From Mantamonas sphyraenae STR306 (taxonomy: Eukaryota; Protista; CRuMs), in the NCBI GenBank assembly GCA_026936335.1, contig JAPMXV010000043.1, positions 310,001 through 374,000 of the forward strand: a stretch of DNA of 64,000 nucleotides, in the 5' to 3' direction. The position numbers and the translations under genes are program-made. Shown here in pieces: positions 35,125-48,300 of the stretch (the stretch's first letter is position 1; every line of letters starts with the position of its first letter). Under the pieces are notes generated by a model. It made no database searches. It was given only the letters and a program-made list of their open reading frames with translations, and was not told the origin of the DNA.

Positions 35125-38100
35125 ATGCCAAAACTTGAAGCACGTATCGCCAAGAGCAAGCCATGGATGCGTCCTGGTTTGCAAACCGACATTGTGCTGC
35201 ATTCTATGTTCTACAACCATGCGGTGCGCGTGTACAAGCGCCCGTGTTTGTGGATCCTCGTCCCAGCGATCATCGGAATCATGCTCCTTTTGCTCTCCCC
35301 GTGGGCCGGTGGCGATGAACGCTATTCGCAAGTGTATCCCATTCGCAAGTCTCCCTACCTCGACCACCTGGGTGTCTTTGGCTTCCGCGGATTCATCGAC
35401 GTGATTGTCACCGCCAAGGCTAATGCGCCCTATGCAGAAGGGAACACCATGGTAGCAGGAAGTGGCAAGGTCAATGTGTTTACCGAAGCCGGCTTTGCTG
35501 CTCTGCGCAAGGTCCGAGACACAGTGCGCAAGCATTCGTTGCCAAATCCCTTCGGCCCGCCGGGGAGTCCCCCAAATTCCTATGCCCGAAGTTGTCTGCC
35601 TGCACGTCCCACTTACAACCGTGATGTGACCAAGGACAAGCGTATGCATGTCATTGTCCCGGGCAAGGAATCCTGCAAGGAGTTCCACGGTGGCTGGACC
35701 CCGGCCGAAGCAAACGCTCTCGTGAACAGCACCGGGGCTGAAGCAGCCCAGCAATTCATGGGAGAGGTCAAATTTGACTCTAACGGCCAAATCTCAAGTG
35801 CTCGCTCGCTCAGAGCCATCTTTGAGCTGGAACAGGTGGGTTGCGCTTTTCCGAACCAAGCCGTTTTGCGTTTTGAGCGGACCAACTTCTAGACTTTCAG
35901 AGCCTTTTTACAGGAGTGGACATGCATCCGCACCAGCCCAGAAATTCCCAAATCCACCAGGCCCAATGTGGTAATGGACTGGTGGATTGAATGCAGTGTC
36001 CGCCTCTGCAGTCCAACGGCAAAGGCCAACCTTCCTCTTCTGGGACATTGAGCTCACATCTCTTTTGCTTGACTCCCTCCCCCCCTTTTTCTGTGCGATG
36101 CAGCCTACCGACGATCAGGACGACGACCGAAGAATTTCACGCAACTGGGTGAGAAACTTTGTCATCCCGGAAGTCGCAGCGTTGAACCTGGGCGAGTTTA
36201 CGGCGTTTGCAGCAACAGAGGTAGGTCGTGAGACTCTGCTGCTCCATGTCCGGAGCGCGTCCGCCACGTCGGAGACCTTTCTGACACCTTTGCCGAATTC
36301 ACCACCACAGACACCAGTCATCGTGTCTGATAGCGGTGGACTCTTCACCGCTGCATTCATACTGGCTGGTGTCCTGTTCATTGCAGGCTGCCACCCAAAG
36401 ACAGGTCGCGGCGGACTCATGGTCCTGTTCTCCGGGGCTGGATCGGTGTACTTTTCCATTCAACTCATCTACGCAGTTCTGGCTTGGCTGGGCGTGGCCT
36501 TCCACACCCTTCTCTACACGAGCTCCGTGCTCATCGCCGTCATTGGCATGGACGACATCTTTCTGCTTCTGTCCTCTCTGCGTCGATGCCAACATGCCAA
36601 TCCACAGCGCCGACTGGCCACTGCCGTGGGCGAATCGGCCACAGCCATCTTCATGACAACTCTGACCGATGTCATCGTCTTCCTGGCAGGCACCGTCAGC
36701 GCCTCCCCAGTCACCGTGCTCTTCTGCGGCTTCACTGCTGGCGCTCTGGTCATCGATTTCCTCTTGCAAATGACTGTGGTGGTTGGCATTATGGCCATCG
36801 ATGTGCGCATCGATGCACGTGGCTCACGCATTCCTTGTGTTCGCACAAAGGACGCATATGCCGCGCAAATCCAGAGTGCCAGCAACAACACGAACAACCC
36901 TGCCTCTGACGTGGAAATGGCCAAAATGCACACGGCCACCACCATTCCTGCCTCCCCAGCCTCTGGGACGGTGCAGACCTCTACCACCGCCACGGACGAC
37001 AACTCGGACACCAACACCACAACACGCATTGGCGTCCAGCCGCGTGCTCATGACTGGACCCCACGCACAGAGAACAAGATAGAAGATGACCGCATCGCAC
37101 ACACAGTACCCACTTTCCTTGGTCGCACCATGTACTTGCGCTGTGCCCCTGTCATGACTTCGCGTGCCTGCATGGTCATCAACGCCATCATCCTTGCCTT
37201 TCTGCTCGTCACTGCCTTCCTCGGCTACACTACCACCCAAATCAACGTCGTGGGTCCAGACAAGTCCAACGTGGCTGGTTCCCGTGCAGCCTTGTTCGAA
37301 GCCATGCGCTCACACGATTTTCCCCAAGCGTGGGCCGACATGTACGTCATGATGCCCCGTGGGCTGGAGTATCACCGGACCGATGTGCAAGCACAAGTGT
37401 TGGATGCATGTTCCCGCTTGGATGCTCTCAAGTCAAAGTGGAAGGCGCTGGGTGCGCCCAGTCGATGCTGGCTGCGCCGATTGCAAGCATGGACAAACGG
37501 CACCCTGCCCACCACAGAGGCTTCCTTCATCTCAGCGTACAACGCCATGGTCAACAATGGCACGGACGAAGACGTGCAGGTCCGCTACGATGTCATGTGG
37601 AATGGCCCACGCATTCTGACCACTCGCATCGTCGTGCCTGTTCTCCGTGTGTCCACTGTCGATGATGCAATCGCTCTGAATGCCAGCATCAACGGTGCAT
37701 TGCAGGGACACCCCTTGCGACTTGCAGGTGCCCTCGTCACCGTCGCCGATGCCGAGAACCTGCCCGTCATGGTCGAGTCCCTTGCGGTCAGTGGTGCTCT
37801 CGCCGTCATCCTGGTCACTTTGGTCACCAGCGTCCTGCTGGTCAACCCGTTCTCCGGCCTGGTGGTTGGTTTCGTCATGATTGCCATTGTCGGCTGTGTT
37901 CTCATGGCCATGCAGTTGTTTGCCGTCGTCCTCAGCGTGCAGCTGCTTGTCGTCGGCATCATCTCCTTCGGCATGGGCGTTGACCTCGTGTGCCACATGC
38001 TACACGCTTTCAACACGACCCCCGGTGCTTCCGCCAAGGAGAGGCTGCGGAAGGTCATGGGTGGCGTGGGTCCAGGTGTCTGGTACAGTGGTGTCACCAA

Positions 38101-38344
38101 CCTCATTGTTATCACCCTAACCGTCGGTGGCAATTCGCAGGACACCTACACCGCTCTGATTGTTGTGGGCACAAGCACATTCGGATTGCTCTTTGCCTTC
38201 ATTGGCGTTCCGCTTCTCGTGCAGGTCCTTCCTTTTCCCCCCACCCTGCGAGACCTCGCCATGCAAAGCAAACTGCAAGATCGCAAGTATGCTATCCTGG
38301 ACGAAACTTGGGACACCGACTTTGAGGCAGAACAGGCCGCATGA
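35125..38344 (+). CDS. Patched/NPC1-related sterol-sensing-domain RND transporter
   Basis: Two sets of TM helices, SSD motif IGMDDIFLL with ..AIFMTTLTDV, second-half GMGVDLVCHM; introns ~35837-36102 and ~36222-36310. Start approximate. Confidence 0.8.
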
Positions 38345-38396
38345 TCTGCCGCGCGCCCGCAACCAATCGGTGAGATTCCAGGTCACACGTGCCCTC

Positions 38397-39985
38397 ATGG
38401 ACATTGAAAACACCGTCAACGATCTCTCCAATGAGGAGAGCATTGGAGAGATCAGCAGCAGCAGTGGTATGGTCGAAAGCACCAGCCACGGAAAGCGAGA
38501 AAACCACTCATTTCAGCCGATTGTCGGCCATGGTACGTATCTGGTGATGCGACATCATGTTTGTTTCCATCAATGAGTCGAAATGTACACATAGCCCATC
38601 TTATCTGACAAAGTCCTACCTTTTCCCGTCCACCGTAGTGGAGGTTTGCTTGAAATCGTCGGCGAGCAGAGATCAGGATTTGTATTTTGACATCGAAGAC
38701 GCCGTCGTAGAGCTGCTTGCGCTCAAGGGCGACATTGAATTCAACAACACCGATGTGGGCATGGAGGACTCACTGCTGAACCAGCTGAGCGAGCACCAGG
38801 CAAACCTGTTGTGCCAGAACGTCAAATTCATCACAGCCTGCGAGGTGGACGGACAATCGGAATCACTGGACGGTGAACAAGAACTGATGCCCATTGTGCA
38901 CATCTTTGGGCTGAAGTCCGAGCCTGCGTTTGAGCAGGAGATGCGGGACACCGACGAATTTGGCGAAGGCTCACCGGCTTTTACGGCATGGTCGTTGCCT
39001 TCGCAGGAATTGCATGGACTGTGGAGTTCACTGTGCTACGAATCCCACATCAAGGCCAACTTGTTGCAGTACGTGGAAACGGGCATGTTGTTTGGCGACC
39101 TCAAGGTCGATCGCCATCTTGTCAGCTGGAACAAGCTCATCCTGCTGCACGGACCGCCTGGCACTGGTAAAACAAGCCTCTGCCGTGCCTTGGCTCACAA
39201 GGTGAGCGTGCGATGGAGCCACCGCTTTGATGACTGTCGCTTGGTGGAGATCAACGCACACTCCCTATTCTCCAAGTGGTTTGCCGAAAGCGGCAAGCTG
39301 GTCGCCAAAATGTTCCGTCAGCTGCAGGCAATGGTGGAGGACAGCGCCTGCATGGTCATCGTCCTGATGGACGAGGTGGAAAGTCTCACCGCCGCTCGCA
39401 AAGGGGCGTTGAACGGAAGTGAGCCTGGGGACGCTGTGCGTGTCGTCAACGCCATGCTCACCCAGTTGGACAAGATCAAGCAGTACCCCAACGTGCTGGT
39501 GTTGGCCACTTCCAACCTCTCCTCGGCCATTGATGCAGCATTCCTGGACCGTGCTGATATTCGACAGTACATTGGTCTGCCACGCATGCACTCGCGTCTG
39601 CAGCTGCTCGAATCGAGTCTGGTGCAGCTTCACCGTGTTGGGTTGCTCGACCATGCCAAACCCATGTCACAACACGAACGGAAGCTGTGGAATCGCGTTG
39701 GACGAGCCACACGTGGCTTTAGCGGTCGCCAACTGCGTCGCTTGCCCTTTCTCGCCCATGCTCTTTACATTCCTCACCACAACTCTTCCTCATCTACCAC
39801 CTCGCCGGTATCCCTCGAGAACTATCTCTGCGCGCTCGAAAAGGCGGCTCACTCGACCTGCACCTCGTCGTCTGTGGACGACAACGCGGAAGAGGACGAG
39901 GAGGACGAGGATGACGCAGCTGCCTCCTCCTCCCTCCTCCTCCTCCGGCTCGACATCCACCCCGTCTTCCTCTTTGTCCACATGA
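38397..39985 (+). CDS. TRIP13: PCH2/TRIP13 AAA+ HORMA-remodelling ATPase
   Basis: HVEVC (after intron ~38533-38638), [70 protein letters not shown]. Stop at 39985 requires removing one C at ~39934. Confidence 0.92.
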
Positions 39986-41388
39986 CCAGCCTGCATGTCG
40001 CGAATAGTCGTCAGCACCTTTCGCAAGCGCTCGATAAAAACGTCAATGTCGTCCTCGGTGATGCCCAGGGCACACGAAGCTGTAAGGTACACGTGTGGAT
40101 AACCCGTATAATGGGCTCCGTACTGTTCAAACTCCACGTCGCAGATTGTTTTGCGTGCGGATGTGGTGACGATGCGTGTTCCAGACACCCCTCGCTTGTA
40201 CAACATCGATCCGATGAACGAGGCGCCACCTTGGACACCTTCCACAAAAGAATCCATGGTCATGGCCATAGAAACCTTGTTGTCGCGTGTGTCGAGCACC
40301 CGTTCGCCAAACTCGGCTGCGAGTGCGCTCAGCCGATCGTGCATGACTGGAAACAGCTCTTTCCGCGATTTGAGAGCCGCCTTCCATCCACGAGTGCCCA
40401 TCTGAAGCAACGTGACAAACAGATCCATGATTGGGGTGGACGATGCACGCCCACTGTATGTCTTGCTGACGGCAGCGACAAACTTTGCGTTTGTACTTGC
40501 GACGACAGCGCCACCCACAGGGACCATGAAATTCTTGTCTGTGCTCTGCACAAACGCGTCGACACGTCCCACACGGCAGGCCTCGTTGATGAGATGGGTG
40601 GCCTTGGAGGATTGGAGACCAAAGGCGTTGTTGATCACGTGCGCGATGCCCCGCTTGCGACAGAGGGTGGCAATGGCAGGCACGTCGTCGGGTACACGCG
40701 GTGTGAATGCGCTGGTGTTGGACAACACACAGAGCACATTGTCCTGTCCCACGCTGTCGATGGCCTCTTCCAAGGCGGCAAGATCGGTGCACACGGCGTC
40801 GCCATCCAGGGTGTTGTCCACCACCAGGACACGGAAGCCTGCGGTCTCAATGGCCTTGAGACAGCTCTTTTGGTCCACACGAGGCCACACTACGTACTGG
40901 CGCTGGGGTTGGTCAGGGTGCCGAAGGGCACTGAGGGTCAGAGCCACACTCATGCCAGTGGCCATGGGCAGCACCAGAGCAGACTTGGTACGTGTGACCC
41001 CAGACAGTTTGATGGCCTGCAATGCCAGATAGTTGGTCAGCTGTACCATGAGCGAGGAGCCAGCGGCTTTCGGTTGGACGGCGCTGACATCGCCGGAACG
41101 GCCCATGCCATGGCTGAAGCCAAAGTGGCGCCTGCGCACGAGGGAGCTATAGGTACGCCCCTCTCGTTCACCAATGCCCACGTTGTCCACAAAGTTGTTG
41201 GAGTCCATGGCAGCCAGTTCGGCAAGGAGGAGCAGCACGGTGTCCTCGTCCCACCCGCCTTCCGGCATACACCGCTGCGAGAACAGATTGGCAATCAGTC
41301 GTTGTCGCGTGTTGCGTGCTTCCAACGCCAGTTGCACATAGCTGGCATCAATCAGCCCCGCCTGGTCCAGGGTTGTCTTGGAGAGCAT
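39849..41388 (-). CDS. SEPSECS: O-phosphoseryl-tRNA(Sec) selenium transferase
   Basis: MDSNNF, GEREGR, HGMGRSGD..QPKAAGSS, PMATGM, RVDQKSC, NNAFGLQS, VQSTDKNFMVPVGG, YSGRAS; C-terminus corrected by the same indel as TRIP13. Confidence 0.96.
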
Positions 41389-41458
41389 GGCCGTGTGTGT
41401 GAAGGTGGGGGGTGAGTTCCGGTGGCTGACCCAATGCGCTATCATCATCATCATCATC

Positions 41459-42733
41459 ATGTCCAACCCATTCTCCAAACTGATGGCCAAGATGAAGGGC
41501 GAACCTGTGGCCGAGAAGTTCCCCGGCGACGATGAGGAGTTGGTGGCTACGGGGGAGTGGAAGGTGCTGGACGACATCAGCAACAGCAAGCTGCGGCTCA
41601 ACCTGGAGGACCCTGGGTTGACCACACTGGACAGGGACACCCTTGTGGACAAGATCAAGGGTGTGATCTATGGCAACGCTGTGGGCGACGCTGTGGGCTT
41701 GGCCACAGAGTTCTTTGACAAGAACACGGTGGCCAAGGCGTACCCCGACCTTGACTGGGCCAATTTCAACTACGCAGACATTGTGCAGGACATGCACAGG
41801 CGGCGTTGGAAGAAAGGCGACTGGACGGACGACACAGACCAGATGATTCTGCTCATGCAGTGTTTCCTGGAGACGGACGACCCCAAACTCGACGTGCACT
41901 TGTTTGCGCGAAAGATGCTCGCGTGGCACAAGCATGGCTTTGCGGAACTGGGTGATTTGGGTGGCTGTGGATGTGGAGCAAGCACCTACCAGGTCCTCAA
42001 CAGCAAAGGATTCCTGGAAGATCCCCATGGAGCCGCACACAAGGTGTGGGAGGACAGCAATCGATATCTTGCTGCCAATGGCTGCCTCATGCGCACATCG
42101 GTGTTGGGAGCGGTGCGTCCAGGCAATGCAGAGTACAGCGAGGAGAATGTGGTGGCAGCATGCAAGGTGACCCACCCAGACCCACGCTGTGTCTATGCCT
42201 GTGTGTTGGTGGCCGATCTCATCGCATTCATCCTGAAAGGAGAAGCCATCGACACGTTGGAACAACGGGAGGCGTTGATTGGGGCAGCAGAAGTGGCGGC
42301 CAGGTCCTTGGGCATCCCCACCGACGAGGAGTTTCCGCATGAAGACGTGATCCAGCAGTACACGCACGAATGGACGACATTGGAGCAACTGGACCTGGAC
42401 GACGCCATCGGTTATGTGCTCAAGTGTCTCGGGGCAGCTCTGTGGGGCTTTCGCACGGACAAGGGATTTGAGGAGGCGCTGATTGAGCTCATCCGTGAGG
42501 GAGGGGATGCGGACACCAACGGAGCCGTGTGTGGGGCTGTGTTGGGTGCTCGCTATGGCTACAGTGGCATCCCAGAACGATGGTTGGATGAGATGCCGGA
42601 AAAGGCATGGCTGGACACACAAGTGGACGAACTGCTTCGCAGGATGGGTTTGGCGGACGAGCAGGAGCAGGAGGGTGGCACGCAAGGCATTGAGACAGAG
42701 ACAGAGACAGAGGCAATGGATGCAGCATCGTGA
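41459..42733 (+). CDS. ADP-ribosylglycohydrolase (ARH/DraG family)
   Basis: AVGDAVGL, WTDDTD, ANGCLMR, GGDADTNGAVCGAVLGA..G..GIP..W. Confidence 0.92.
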   Translation: MSNPFSKLMAKMKGEPVAEKFPGDDEELVATGEWKVLDDISNSKLRLNLEDPGLTTLDRDTLVDKIKGVIYGNAVGDAVGLATEFFDKNTVAKAYPDLDWANFNYADIVQDMHRRRWKKGDWTDDTDQMILLMQCFLETDDPKLDVHLFARKMLAWHKHGFAELGDLGGCGCGASTYQVLNSKGFLEDPHGAAHKVWEDSNRYLAANGCLMRTSVLGAVRPGNAEYSEENVVAACKVTHPDPRCVYACVLVADLIAFILKGEAIDTLEQREALIGAAEVAARSLGIPTDEEFPHEDVIQQYTHEWTTLEQLDLDDAIGYVLKCLGAALWGFRTDKGFEEALIELIREGGDADTNGAVCGAVLGARYGYSGIPERWLDEMPEKAWLDTQVDELLRRMGLADEQEQEGGTQGIETETETEAMDAAS

Positions 42734-42767
42734 CATCGACATCGTGAGTGCAAGGGGTACGGTGTAT

Positions 42768-44056
42768 TTAATCCGTGGAGCCCCACAGGGCATCACATTC
42801 GTCCTGCAACACGCCTCGCCAACATCGTACCTGTGGTTGAGTTGCTCGTTGGTGTGGACCTGTGCATGCTCATAGCCTCCAAGAGGACCCTGCATGGAAC
42901 TGCCATAGACGACACGTGCCACCCGGCTGTGGGTCAGGGCCATACTGCACATGAGACAGGGCTCTCGTGTTACGTACACCTCCAAGCCCGTGCACAGGTA
43001 GGGCTTGTCTGCAAATGAGTGCTGCATGCCTTCCATCATCTCTCCTTCTTTGTACAGGGCCAGGTCCCGTGTGGACACCAGGCCGATGCAACGCATGACA
43101 GCGTGGGACAACGGATGCGAGTCATCGCCACATCCTGTGTGGTCGTAGTCACAGGCCACCACCACGTCTGTTTGGCCATGGCTATCCACAATGCAGCATC
43201 CAATGGGTTGCTGGCCTTTGCTTGCACCCAGTCGTGCCATGTCCACTGCCACGCGCATGAACGACTCTGCTCGTTCCACCTCCTCTGTGCTCAGCATCGG
43301 AAGTTCCACCTGCATCTGAGCTGGCAACCATTTGCATGGCCACAACCTTTGCCATAGTTCCCATTCCCTACGGTTGTATGGCAATCTTGCTGGCACAGAA
43401 CGTCTCTTCAGCAACTGTTGCCCCTCCAGTCCTTCCACGTGCATTCCCTCCTCCTCCTCCTCCTCCTCCTCCTCCTCCTCTTGGCCATCCATACTTGTCA
43501 GGCACAGTTCCATCAGATTCGGGGTCACATCATCCAACGCCTGCCTCTCTCCGTCGTTGCCCTGCACCCTTTGCACAAGCACTTCCACTCGCTTGTCCCC
43601 GTCTGCATCCAGGTATGATCGGATGCGCTTCAAGAACCCATCCTCCTCCCTCAGTGGACAGGATGTGTTCAACAGCCTGTGTGGAGGACGTGCACGTGCC
43701 TGGTCAGCCTTGCTCGCACTTGCACACACACGTCTCTCTCTCTCTCTCTCTCTCTTTGTGCCTGCCCACCACACCTACTTCAGCACCAGCCCTGTGTTGC
43801 GTGGTGGAACACACACAGCATGAAACAACACTGTGGGCACTTCCTCCTCTCGATTGACGATGGCATCCAGTTTGTCTCGGGTCGACACAGACACCACCGC
43901 CTGTGCTCTCGAACGCCCCCCCTCCTCCTCCTTCTCCTTCTCCTCCTCCACCCGTTGTCGTTTCCCTCCACTCTCCTCTCCCTCCACCTCTCCCCCTCTC
44001 CCCGTCACTTCCCGTCCCTCCTCCACCTCACTCCATTCTCGCTTGCTCTGCGACAT
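42768..44056 (-). CDS. ADAT3: tRNA adenosine-34 deaminase regulatory subunit Tad3/ADAT3
   Basis: FLKRIR, HPLSHAVM (Val in place of the catalytic Glu), YLCTG, EPCLMCSMALTHSR, LNHRY; intron ~43677-43778; indel near 42820. Confidence 0.88.
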
Positions 44057-44140
44057 TTTCACTTCCACAGCTGGCTCCGCCGTCGCCCCCAATTCACACT
44101 TAACACACACACACAACACACACATACACATACACACAGC

Positions 44141-45256
44141 ATGCTGGACGAAGACGCCCCGCTGCTGGCCAATGGTGAACCCGACCTCTCCGCGTATGTC
44201 CGTGTGTTTGTGCCTCAGGTGGAAACAAACCGTCTCCTGCTCCAGTACGAATGGCACGTGCCCTCCTCGTCCTCCCCGTCCTCCTCGTCCTCGTCGTCCT
44301 CCACCACCTCCTCTGAATCATCCCAGTTTCTCGATGATCGTCTGTTCACATTACGTGCCGTCAATCCCGACGTGTTGCTGTCCTCGTTGGAGGCCTTCAA
44401 CTCCCAGCGCCGTCAGTACTACCGGATTCGGAACGGGACCTTGTTTTTCCTGCTTTTCGTGCCTCTGCTCATCATCAGCATCGTCATGGCCACTCTGGGC
44501 AAAAAGGCAGATGCTTCCGTCACAGCTTCCACCTGCATTGCCTCTGCACTCCTCTGCGTCCTTCTATCCGCCTTTGTCCTCGTCCGCAACTACCTCGGAT
44601 TCCTGTCACTTCTGGCCGACGTCGCCCACGACGAAAGCCACCGTAGCGAGTACAAACACGCCGGGGTGGCATGGCAGGCCACACGTCATAACCACCTCTG
44701 TGCCATGATCCATCCCCAAAAGGCCATCCAGCTCAGGGTCGAGCGTACGCTGGTCCCCTGCATCACCAAACGATCCTCCTGGTTCAAGCAGAACCACATG
44801 TGGACCACCGAGTTCCGTCTGGCCTTGGACTCTGACATTGACAGGGAGGCCCACGCCGCCCTTCTGTCCACTCTCAACACACGCATGGCCACCTTTCACA
44901 CACTCAGCACACGTCTCAACTACCTCGTCACCCTGTGTCTCCTCGTCCTCCTCATCCTCCTCCTCTCCAATGGCACACAAATGCCCGTCCGCGACGCCTT
45001 CATTGCCATCCTTTCTGTCGTCGGCGTCCTTGCCCTCCTCGTCAAGTATGCTGCCGCACGTACCTTCCAACGCCACGCCCACCAGGCTGTCAGTGACACC
45101 AACAAGGAGCTGCGTGCCTTTGGTACGCATGCTCATGACCTTCCTGTCTCCTACCACCTCCAGGATGCCCTCTGGTTTGGCTTCTGGATTGTCCCCACCC
45201 ATTTTCAACTCTACGTCTCCACCTCCCAGCCCATTGGCGCCAGTGTCCTCGCGTGA
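44141..45256 (+). CDS. Membrane protein with two repeated 2-TM modules (unknown function)
   Basis: 371-aa ORF with two hydrophobic hairpins, each preceded by an L..LN/FN helix; Erf4/TMEM268-like layout, by impression only. Confidence 0.55.
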   Translation: MLDEDAPLLANGEPDLSAYVRVFVPQVETNRLLLQYEWHVPSSSSPSSSSSSSSTTSSESSQFLDDRLFTLRAVNPDVLLSSLEAFNSQRRQYYRIRNGTLFFLLFVPLLIISIVMATLGKKADASVTASTCIASALLCVLLSAFVLVRNYLGFLSLLADVAHDESHRSEYKHAGVAWQATRHNHLCAMIHPQKAIQLRVERTLVPCITKRSSWFKQNHMWTTEFRLALDSDIDREAHAALLSTLNTRMATFHTLSTRLNYLVTLCLLVLLILLLSNGTQMPVRDAFIAILSVVGVLALLVKYAAARTFQRHAHQAVSDTNKELRAFGTHAHDLPVSYHLQDALWFGFWIVPTHFQLYVSTSQPIGASVLA

Positions 45257-45313
45257 TCAACTCTGGAACCACACACACACACACACATACAAATGCACCT
45301 ATATTGTCCAGTA

Positions 45314-48300
45314 TTAGAACACAGCAGCGTTCTGATCGCCCAGCGCGTGCTCCTCCGCCTTTTCGCGCTTTCGCTCCAAATCCTCTTCCGCCTGATGCAC
45401 CACAGCGTCGTCCACTGCCTCCAAAGTCTCGTCCTCCGCAAACTGCACATACCCACTGATCACCTCACGGCGAACATCGTCGTCAATGGCCGCCTCAGTC
45501 TCTTCCGGATCCACAATGTCCGAATCCGAGTCACCCGACGACAACACGGTCACATCCTGCACATCCACACCATCCCTCTCTTCCACCTCTGTCTTTGTCC
45601 TTGTCTTTCTCTTCTCCTTCTTCATCCTCATCCTCCTCCTTCTCCTCTCCTTCTGGCTTGCTGACAGCGTCCTCCTTCTTCGTGTCGCCCTCTTCGCCCC
45701 CGTTCGCAGCGGTGTTTGACCCACGCCGTGCATTCAATGGCGGGGTGGTTGTGCTACGTGTCACCTTTCGTCCAAACCGTGCCCTCCTGGTCATCATCGA
45801 CACAACCTTGGGGTCATCTCCGTCCGCCTCCTCTTCCCCTTCGTCTTCCATGTCCGCCATTTCCTCGTGCACCTCCTCCACCTCTTTACCCACTTCTGCC
45901 GCACCCAACGTCTCCACCTGACCACGCTGTGTCGTTGTCGTCGTTGTCGTCGTGGTCGTCGTGGTCGTCTTTGTGCTCCCCTCCTCCTCCTCCTCCTCCT
46001 CCTTCCCCTTCCCCACCTCCTTGTCGCCCTTGCTTTCTACCCTTCCGTCGCTGCCTGCCTCCATCAGCATGGCCGCTGCACTTGCAATTGCCCCTCCTGT
46101 CAATCCCATGATCGAACCTGTGCTCACCTTGTCCTGGTCCTGGTCCTTGTCCTTGTTCTTCTTTTCCTTCTCCTCTTGCTCCTTCTTCTTCTTCTTGCGC
46201 TTCTCCTGCTCCTGCTTCTTGCGCCGCAAGTTCATCTTCTTGTTCTTGCCCCCCTTCGCAGCAGCAGCCACCGCAGGCTCCACCGGCGCCACTTCCTCCA
46301 CATAGTCGTCCTCGAGGGCATCCATCACGTACACGAGGTCGTTGATGTCCAGCGAGGTGTTTGCACGCGGGAAGGTCACCACGTACCGTTCGCCCGTCAC
46401 CGTGTCCTCGCGGAACAGTCCCATGACAAGCATTCCTGTGCGTGCGTACATGTACTCCATGAGGTGCTCATACGTGTCACCTGCAAACCGAGGCGGCATG
46501 TTGAACATGCGCAACTGCGTTGTGTTCAGCAACTCCTTCAGCAATCCCACACCGGTGGATGAAAAGTACGCCGCACACGACAACGCATCCATGGTCGAAT
46601 CCACCACAATGTGACCGCCTGCATACGTGGGCGAATTCACCACATTAGGGGCTTGGTTCCACGTCTGTGTCTGCTCCAGAAAGTGCAGGTTTCGCGAGGA
46701 GATCAGCGACGTCAACACACGGCCGTTCGGATGCACCTGGTTGCGACACGAGATGGAATCGCTGACAGTCTGTGCGTCACGCAGCCACACACGGTCAGAG
46801 GCACCGTGGCCAGACGATCCGTCTTCTTCGTCCACGTCGTCGTGGTAGCCACGGCACTTGATGATCACGCAGTACGCGTTGATCAGCCCCACCTTCATCT
46901 GGGCAAACGGGTTCTGGATGTTGCCTCGCACCACATAAACATTGCGGAACTTGACCACTTCCTCCATGATGTCGTCGTCGGGGAGCTCGTCCACAAGCAG
47001 CACAATCGAACGCATGGGATAGCTCTTGCACACCTGTCGCATCAGTGTCACAAACGACACCACCCCACGCATTTCTCCACTCACCACCACGTGGCCATAC
47101 ATCGTCAGTGGTACCCTGTCCACAACCTGTACCGTGCGCTCCTTGCGAAGGACCTCAAAGCTGCTGTTCCCCTGCAACTCCACGGGTCCAAGGTTGGTTT
47201 CTTCTGCGCTGCTGCGTTGCTGCTGCTGCTGCTGCTGCTGCGACGATGCACGTCCACAGACGTGAATGTGCTTGCTGTCTCTTTAAGCTCTGCATCCACC
47301 AGCATGTGAAAGTCCACCATTTCCAGCGTGTCCAACACATCCTGCCGTGTCTGCGAGAACACACCTTCCATCTTGTCCAACCTCTCCTCCACCTGGTTCA
47401 ACATGTCTGCCACTCGGCCCTCCTGCAGATCGCGCTGGAACTTGTGGATCTGTTCCATGTCCTGCGCGATGGCGTATCCCCTGTCGCCACGCTGCACCAC
47501 ATACCCACGCCCTGGGTTCAACAACACAATGCGTCCGTGGCGCTCGTCCACACGTGTTTCCACACCAATCAGCATCATGTCATACCGTTCCGCCATCATC
47601 AGGGTCAGTGCATGCAGCTGGCGGCCCACAAGCAGCCTGCGCCCTGCCAGATCAAACGGATACAGCTCGTGTGCTGCGCCGTAGCTGTACTCGCGAAACC
47701 AAGCCTCGATGCCCTCCTCGTTGCTTACGTCTGTCATGCTCTTGAACAGGTTGGCATACATGGTGCTGCTGCCGGGCACCAACACATTCTGCGCCAGGAA
47801 TTGCCAGCGCAACTCCTCGATGCTCAGGCAGTTTTCAATGCCCAGGTTGCGCACCGTAAAGGGCAACGATCGCTGTGTGCCCTGTGCCACAATGCGCACC
47901 TGTGGGTTGGCCTTGTGTACAGTCAGGAGCGTGAGAACCACGCGGTTGTCGTCCGACGTATGATCGGCGCTGTGCTTGTCCGCAACCAGAAACACACCCG
48001 ACGCACGTTCCACGGCGGCACGTGTCAGGTCCTCTCGCTTCAGAGGCGACCCACGCAGGTACACCACACGGTCGCGGAAGAACGTGGTCTTGAGCAGATC
48101 GCGCAGGCTCTCCGGTGGCATCTTTTCGTCCATGATGGCCACCGTGACCTGATTCCACCTCTCCCTGTCCTCGTGGTACAGCTCCAGCAGAATGGTGCGC
48201 ACCGAGTCGGTGGTAATGCGGCCGACAATCAGCACGTGCTCTGCAAACGGAGGCGGATTGAATGTGCCCAGGAACCCCGAGCGCGTGTACAGATCGGCCA

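Noticed and set aside
38557-41415. 952-aa TRIP13 ORF as a large fusion protein
   Set aside because: The C-terminal half is the antisense of SepSecS; a single indel gives a normal-length TRIP13.
41348-43774. 808-aa ADAT3 ORF extension
   Set aside because: It is antisense readthrough over the ARH gene caused by an indel near 42820; the corrected frame ends at 42768.
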